DNA of 55,893 bases from Nemertoderma westbladi (lineage: Eukaryota > Animalia > Xenacoelomorpha): assembly GCA_032718475.1 (NCBI GenBank), contig JAUCBJ010006972.1:1-55893 (forward strand), written 5' to 3'. Positions 49,801 to 55,893 of the stretch are shown one piece after another (the first letter of the stretch is position 1; the number at the start of each line of letters is the position of its first letter). The notes under the pieces were generated by a model. The model saw only the letters and a list, made by a program, of their open reading frames with translations. It searched no databases and was not told the origin of the DNA. A program made the position numbers and the translations under genes.

Positions 49801-51286
49801 AAAATACGTTTTTACCATTTAATATGCGGCTCTTGTGAATTATACCAGACTTTCTGCTGTTATATTTCACTTTGGTGTATACCCTATCTATGTTCAGATG
49901 TTGAGAATACACTAAAACCTAGTTTACAGGACTGAACCTAACCAAAACAATGAAATATGTAATTATTAGTATAATTAAATTAAATTAAATTAAATTATTA
50001 GTGTAATTAGTATAAGTACAGTTTATAGGATAGAAATAAGAGCTATAAACCGCTTAATAAGGATAAATAAAAAATACAATAATTCTTTATATATAAATTT
50101 TCAAAACAAAAATCAGAACGCAAAGTGAAAACCTGAAGCTTCACATTGGCGGCAAGCAAATGCTTATTAAAAAGTCTGACAATAAAATAAATTGTTACTT
50201 ATTTTTTTGTAAAATACAATAACCAAAGTGGCACACGGTTTCTGACTGGCACACTGTCCGGCTGGCACTATAGTTCGACATTTTCACAGGGACACATGCA
50301 TGCATGCATACACAGCACATGAACAATGTAGCAAAAGATGATGCCGCTTTTTATGCGTAAATTACTTAAGTGTAGGTTCCTACTAGCTACGGACAGCAGC
50401 TACAGCCTACAGACAGATGGATATTATTAACAGCAAACATCACTGCGCCATTGACAAACACTAAATCAGTTCCCATTTGCTGAGCCTTATGGGCTGACGG
50501 TGCCCTGTTGCCAGCAGTGTTTGACTAACGGCATTTATTCTCCTTGTTTGGGGTGGCTCACTCACTCATCTGCTGCTACCCCAACGTACCCACAGTTTAC
50601 CTGTAGCTATCCTTTATCGCCGACAGAGAAAGGTGAATGCAGCCAATTAATTATTAAGGACGTGTGTTCAGTGCAGATAGAGCCTTCCCCCAATCAGTGA
50701 AGCCCGTTCTTTGTGTTACAAACAACCAGTGTGTAGCTAGTGCAGTGTGGCTCAGATTGATTAACCAATTAAATACATTCCGGTTTGTAATCGAATAATG
50801 TAGTATGATGTATGATGTTTAATAACTATGGTGGTACTTGGGAAACTCGTTGGTCGCGACCACGAAACGCACCCAAAAAGCTATTCGTAGGTAGAATTGT
50901 TAAACTTTGCGTTTTGTTTAAGGGATTCATCTTCCTATAGATCATGTGACGTCACACACTATCATAATCATTATGCTGTAAACAACACGAACGATACTAT
51001 TGGTCAATATAAAGTTGTTCTCAAACCAATGCTATTAAAAACATGATTTATATCATGGAAGGAAAACAAACAGAAAGAGGCTTGTTATATCCCAATCCCA
51101 CTGACACCAGAGGCGTAGTGAGCCCTTCTGGCGCCGAGGGAAATGACGCTGAGATAGCCCCCCCCCCCCCCCCCCTTCCCACCTTCTATAATTTTAACTT
51201 TTCATTTATAAACTTTTTTTCTTAAATATTATATATATCTAACAGTATATAACTATATCAAATCTAACATACACTAGTATGTTATA

Positions 51287-52685
51287 GTGTACTGCGACAG
51301 CGGTTTGCGTCAAGGAGCGCCATCAAGTTTATTTCTATTCACTCTTTACATTGATGTCCTAGTCGCCATTTTTGATTCACTAACATCTACTAACACATAC
51401 CTAGGAGCCTTGCATCTTCTCCTGTTCATGGACGACACTGCTATTTTAGCTGAGAACCGAGAGAGTTGTATAGAAAAGCTAAATATTTTAGATAAATTCT
51501 GTAGGTCACATAATATGGTAATCAATGAAAAGAAGAGTAAGTTCATGGTCATAAATGGATTTATAGCTGATAAACAACCGTTGTTATGCGGAAGTGTACA
51601 AATAATTAATACAGATAAATATGTTTACCTGGGTGGTTTCTTCACACAGGATGGTCGAATAGAATCAGTGATAAATTTACACGCAGGTGAAAGTAAAAAA
51701 CAGGTAGCCAAGTTTGCAGCATTTTGTGCCAGCAATCCAAATATGCCTTTCTGTCTAAAGAAAAAGGTGCTTGACTGTGCTGTAACGGCAGCGATACTGT
51801 ATTCCAGCGATACCTGGTTAGCAATACGGGGGAGAAAGGAAATTGAAAAGATATATAGTAAACTGATAAAAATACTTTTAGGCGTTAAAACAACAACACC
51901 GAATGTGCTGTGCCATACAGAGATTGGTATGGCCGAGGTAGGATCCGTTATCGACAATAATATTAGAAACTCTATCCGAAGACTCAAGAAATCGTGGCAC
52001 CAAGAAGATCCTGCACACATCGCGTATCATCTGGCAAAAACAGGGAACACCCGCGCTTTTAAATATCTAAATAAGTTAGAACTGACGGAAGGTAATATAA
52101 TAGCTAGAAATATTAATGGTTTGAAGAGTAGAATTAAAGATACTGCACATATCCACACTAAATTGGCAACTTACCTGGAAATAAACCCTAATCTAACTAT
52201 CCACAAGGTATATAATCAGCAGAAACCGTACATACACGAGCAGAACAGGATCGATTTTACAAGATTTCGTTTAAGCGCGCATCGCTTAAGGGTAGAGACA
52301 GGAAGGTGGACTCGTGTACCTAGAGAAGAACGAGTCTGCAAATGTGATGGATCGTCGGTACAGAACGAATTACACGTGTTATCGGGTTGTTCACTGACGA
52401 AAGATATATTGGGGGGAAAATCCTACTCCACGGTAGCAGAATTTATGTTAATAAACAACGGGGAAAGAATCGTCAAAATAATTTCTGAAATTTTCAAAGA
52501 ACTGCAAAGACACTAACTCGAGACAATAACTGGGACATTTTCAAGTTACTAATTTGAAGGGACTAATTTTAGATCTAAAGTTATTTAGTTTCACTAAGTT
52601 TATATTTCATAATATGTCAAATATTTAATGATAATAATGTCTTTTGTCGGATATTAGTCAATAAACATATACATATATATATACT
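51287..52685 (+). mobile_element. 5'-truncated CR1-group LINE (Daphne/Crack-like) ORF2, uninterrupted 409 aa, plus 3' UTR
   Basis: GLRQG..S..LF, LLFMDD (catalytic), KYVYLG, and C-terminal RFRLSAHRLRVETGR..EERVCKC..NELH...C zinc knuckle; AATAAA and an (AT/AC) tail at ~52660-52685. Confidence 0.9.
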
Positions 52686-52756
52686 TATAATGTATTGAAT
52701 GTCGAGCGAAGCGAACTGATAACATTTTTACCACATTTTCGATTATGACACATGTC

Positions 52757-53172
52757 CTGTGGGGCGAGCCACGCAATCAGGGCGAGACTTAGCGCACAAT
52801 TATAATTAGTAAATAGGGCAAAATTTCATGTCCGTCCGTCCGTCCGTCCGTCCGTCCGTCCGTCCGTCCGTCCGTCCGTCCGTCCGTCCGTCCGTCCTTA
52901 TTTCTGTCTGTCTGTCTGCCTGTTTGTCGGACGGACGGTCGGACGGACCGTCCGTCCGTCCGTCCGTTCAATAAGTTTTGACTTATAACTCAATAACTTT
53001 TGAAGATTTTAACAATTTTCAACCAAATTTTGCATGGGCACACTAGATAAAAAGTTCCAATATTTTTGAAAGTTAAGGGCCAATACCTCTCGAACTTTTG
53101 ACTCCAGTTCAAATCGAACTTATTACTAACTTGCTCAAGTTCGCGTGATGCGCGACGCCACACGAACGTGTA
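52757..53172 (+). mobile_element. HINE/DINE-1-like element with (GTCC)n microsatellite
   Basis: 5' TGTGGGGCGAGCCACG, long (GTCC)n tract, ATAACT..CCAAATTTTG core, 3' TCGCG..CGCGA hairpin and CCACACGAACGTGTA. Confidence 0.7.
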
Positions 53173-53349
53173 TATACAGTTATCACAATCGCTGACTTTT
53201 TACTGATTTTACCTATTTTTTCAAGAATTCCCTGATAACTTCAGCGCCCCTGGGTGAGTGCGCCCGGGGGAACGTTCCACCCCCCTCGGTACGCCTCTGT
53301 CTGATACCAAAATATTATGTTAGCAACGATTATACCCCTATCTTATTGT

Positions 53350-54065
53350 CAGGGTATTGTTAGAATCGCTAGAGGGAGCCCAAAGGCTCCACTGCTCGCT
53401 GGAGCAGGCGTTGAGTGTTGGTCTTTTTGTAAAATCCAAGAAGACCAACATTTTGTCATGAACTTTTACAGCCCTCAAGAAATATCTGATAGTAAACGGG
53501 CATAAGTTCCAGGGATGGCTTGCTTGAGCATGAGCATGTGGATGACGTCTGCTACTTGGGATCATAGATCCGGAAGTCAGGTGAAGAAGACCTTTGGATA
53601 CGTTAAGGGGAAGGCATGGGCAGCATTGAATTAGTCTGTCCAGGATAGGGAAGTCAAATAGAATAAAACGGAATCAATTATTTATAGCAGTAACAATAGA
53701 ACCAGTATAGTATTCGTAAATGTCCACTGCAGAGGATACCAAATATCTGAATGGTACTTATACAAGAATACTACGCAGGGTTCATTATCATTGTGTCAAG
53801 TACAATGAACACATCTCCAATGAAACTATACATACAACTGAGGTGTTTCATTAGTCTCCCCTAGCTTGACACTTGAACGGAACCGCCTCCGCTTTGCAGG
53901 AAATAGCTTTCGCAGTGAGGAAAATCCAATGTATAATCTGTGTTTTTGCGGCCTCATGGAGTGAATAAGCATGGTCTTGAACGCCTCTTAAAGGACACTG
54001 GTCTTGAAGATGCGGATGTTGTGATGGGGAATTGTGTAGGCGCCATTTTGCAGTACAGCATTCTA
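53350..54065 (+). mobile_element. RTE-clade LINE copy 4 (degenerate)
   Basis: Collinear with 18880-19530 (GGATCATAGATCCGGAAGTCAG; TGTGTCAAGTACAATG). Confidence 0.85.
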
Positions 54066-54077
54066 TGATATGATATA

Positions 54078-54620
54078 CAGGGTGTCCCAATAAATTTGAT
54101 CCGGTTTTAAAGTTTAATAACTCGTCCCAATGAGCATCAATCGCAGACTTATTGGTATCATATGAAACCAATAGGTAAACTTAGAGTTTGGAATGCATTT
54201 TTTGGTGATATTGTTGCTATGGTAAATAATAATTGTCCTTATAATTAAGTCCCAACTTTTTTTATTCAATTAGAATGTTTAAATAGTTTTTACAGTTAAA
54301 TTCAGAACAAGTATCTTTGTATAATAGATAAATTATTATTCACACAGTCCACAGTGATAAAGTTAAATTAATCGGACTGTCAGTATACTTTATGGTTTGT
54401 AAATTTCAACGTGGCCTCCAACTATTTCCTTCCCGGTCCCTTGATAAGCCGCATGATCGTTTCTTGGAAAGAGTTTTGTAAATGATGATGCGTAATTCTT
54501 TCCAGTGCGGAATTAATGCGCGTCCTCAGTTCTTCTAGCGTCGTCACCGTTTCACTGTACACAAGATTCTTGACATGGCCCCATAAATAGTAATCACAGA
54601 GAGTCAAATCGGGTGTTAGA
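54078..54620 (-). mobile_element. Tc1/mariner-superfamily transposase pseudogene (3' part) with one TIR
   Basis: PDLTLCDYYLWGHVKNLVY..LEELRTRI on the minus strand (SPDL.P.D..LWG motif); terminus TA|CAGGGTGTCCC at 54076. Confidence 0.8.
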
Positions 54621-55893
54621 ACTTGTAAAAGCTTCTGTGGGATATAACTGGCCCCTTTTGCATCGCAATCCAGTTTCCCCCCAGGCGCTGGAATACTCTA
54701 AAAAGGTTCTCTAACTGTATATATATTCCCCTCGCCCGCAAGGTACCGTTACAGGTGTTTTAACGGACATAAAAGTCATTCTGCTATATACGTGTTTTGG
54801 CGGACATGGTAAGGCAAAAAACCTGCAATGCACCAACTACCTTTCACAGCTTAGCCGTGATGATTCATATTACGACATCTAACAGCTGGTTGCTGACATG
54901 GAAACAGCCATTGGATGCATGGTTCTTTGTTTGGCTTGAGCCAATCAGAGCGATTTTTCCTGTCGACGTGTAGCTTTTCGGCCGATCATAAGGAGAGTGT
55001 TCAGTCTTACTGTTTTTACTTGATACTTTGTTGTTATTGCTGTCTAAGCCAGAAACACCGGCTCTAAGAACTCTAGTAAAACTGCTTAGATTATAGAAAG
55101 TATAACTGTTACCGGCGGTGTTACCTCACTTAATTTAACTGCACTAATCATATTGTTTGTACTGCTATTTACCGTCAGTTATTAATTGTATCGATTTGTT
55201 GATGAAATATTGTCATTTGGAGAATATTGATAAATCACCCAAATTTCCCAATTTCTTGATACACTACAGGTTAGAGAGACAGGCTATATATAACAATTGC
55301 GATTTATATCAATGTGGTGTGTATTGAATCTAATGTTATTTAGTAGACACTACCTGAGTCAATTGCTGTTCTCTTTATGTGTGATCAAATATACTGACGG
55401 TCGGCAGAATAGTGTGCATGATTGTGAGTGTGATGTGACTGGTAACAAAGCATTTCCTAAAGAATGCGACTTATACTTTAATCATAAGCCTTATCGTTGC
55501 GTTTAGTATAAGTCCTAGCTCTGTTTAAATAGATAGAGCGCCACGTCCTAAAGGAACTGTTAATATTTCCCGAAAGTTAATAATATCTGTCAGAAATCAC
55601 ATATTAGCGATCAATCGAATAATACAGTAGGCTTACACTGCAACCTTACACTGCAATAATAAAATCTAAGCATCCGAATTCAGCCTCCCGGGTGTAGATC
55701 CATCGGGTGAATGATCGCGCATGGGCTGGCTTCGGCTAATGTTTTGTTTATTAGCATAAAATATTGTCGTATGCTAAAGGTGTGTTAATTAACTAAAAGA
55801 CATATAAATTTTGGCAGGTTAAACTGCTAAAGGTCTTCAAAAGCGCGAACAGTAACAGTTATCGATCTTATTGCAGTAAGCAATAAGGTTGCA

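Larger units (their letters stand above)
51108..53299. mobile_element. hAT-like MITE with nested LINE and HINE
   Basis: TIR CAGAGGCGTA / TACGCCTCTG; 8-bp flanks ACTGACAC and TCTGATAC (6/8 identical). Confidence 0.7.

Noticed and set aside
50940-51030. Promoter from CRE palindrome TGACGTCA plus CCAAT boxes (similar isolated motifs at 32591 and 54940)
   Set aside because: Short motifs with no linked gene start; cannot be supported from sequence alone.
52789-52971. GRTD-repeat ORF
   Set aside because: Translation of the (GTCC)n microsatellite.

Overview
AT-rich, repeat-dense animal (invertebrate-like) genomic DNA, not prokaryotic. Three host genes are supported: (1) a two-exon GPR21/GPR52-like orphan class A GPCR on the minus strand, whose only frame- and TM3-register-preserving intron starts with non-canonical GG (GGAAGT...TTTACAG); (2) a single-coding-exon TRIQK; (3) an AF4/FMR2-family (AFF/lilliputian-like) elongation factor encoded as one uninterrupted 1117-aa ORF. 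Between the convergent TRIQK and AFF genes lie two homogeneous tandem arrays (31-bp unit x ~105; 22-bp unit x ~160 with higher-order duplications). The rest is a nested mosaic of RTE and CR1-group LINE fragments, Kolobok-, EnSpm-, hAT- and Tc1/mariner-like non-autonomous elements, Helentron/DINE-1-like elements and SINE remnants. Best leads: the GG-AG intron, a minimal type I hammerhead ribozyme in a palindromic Penelope-like remnant upstream of the AFF ORF and on its strand, the intronless AFF, and a CpG-rich island that may be captured sequence. All family assignments are by eye from remembered motifs; no search was run.
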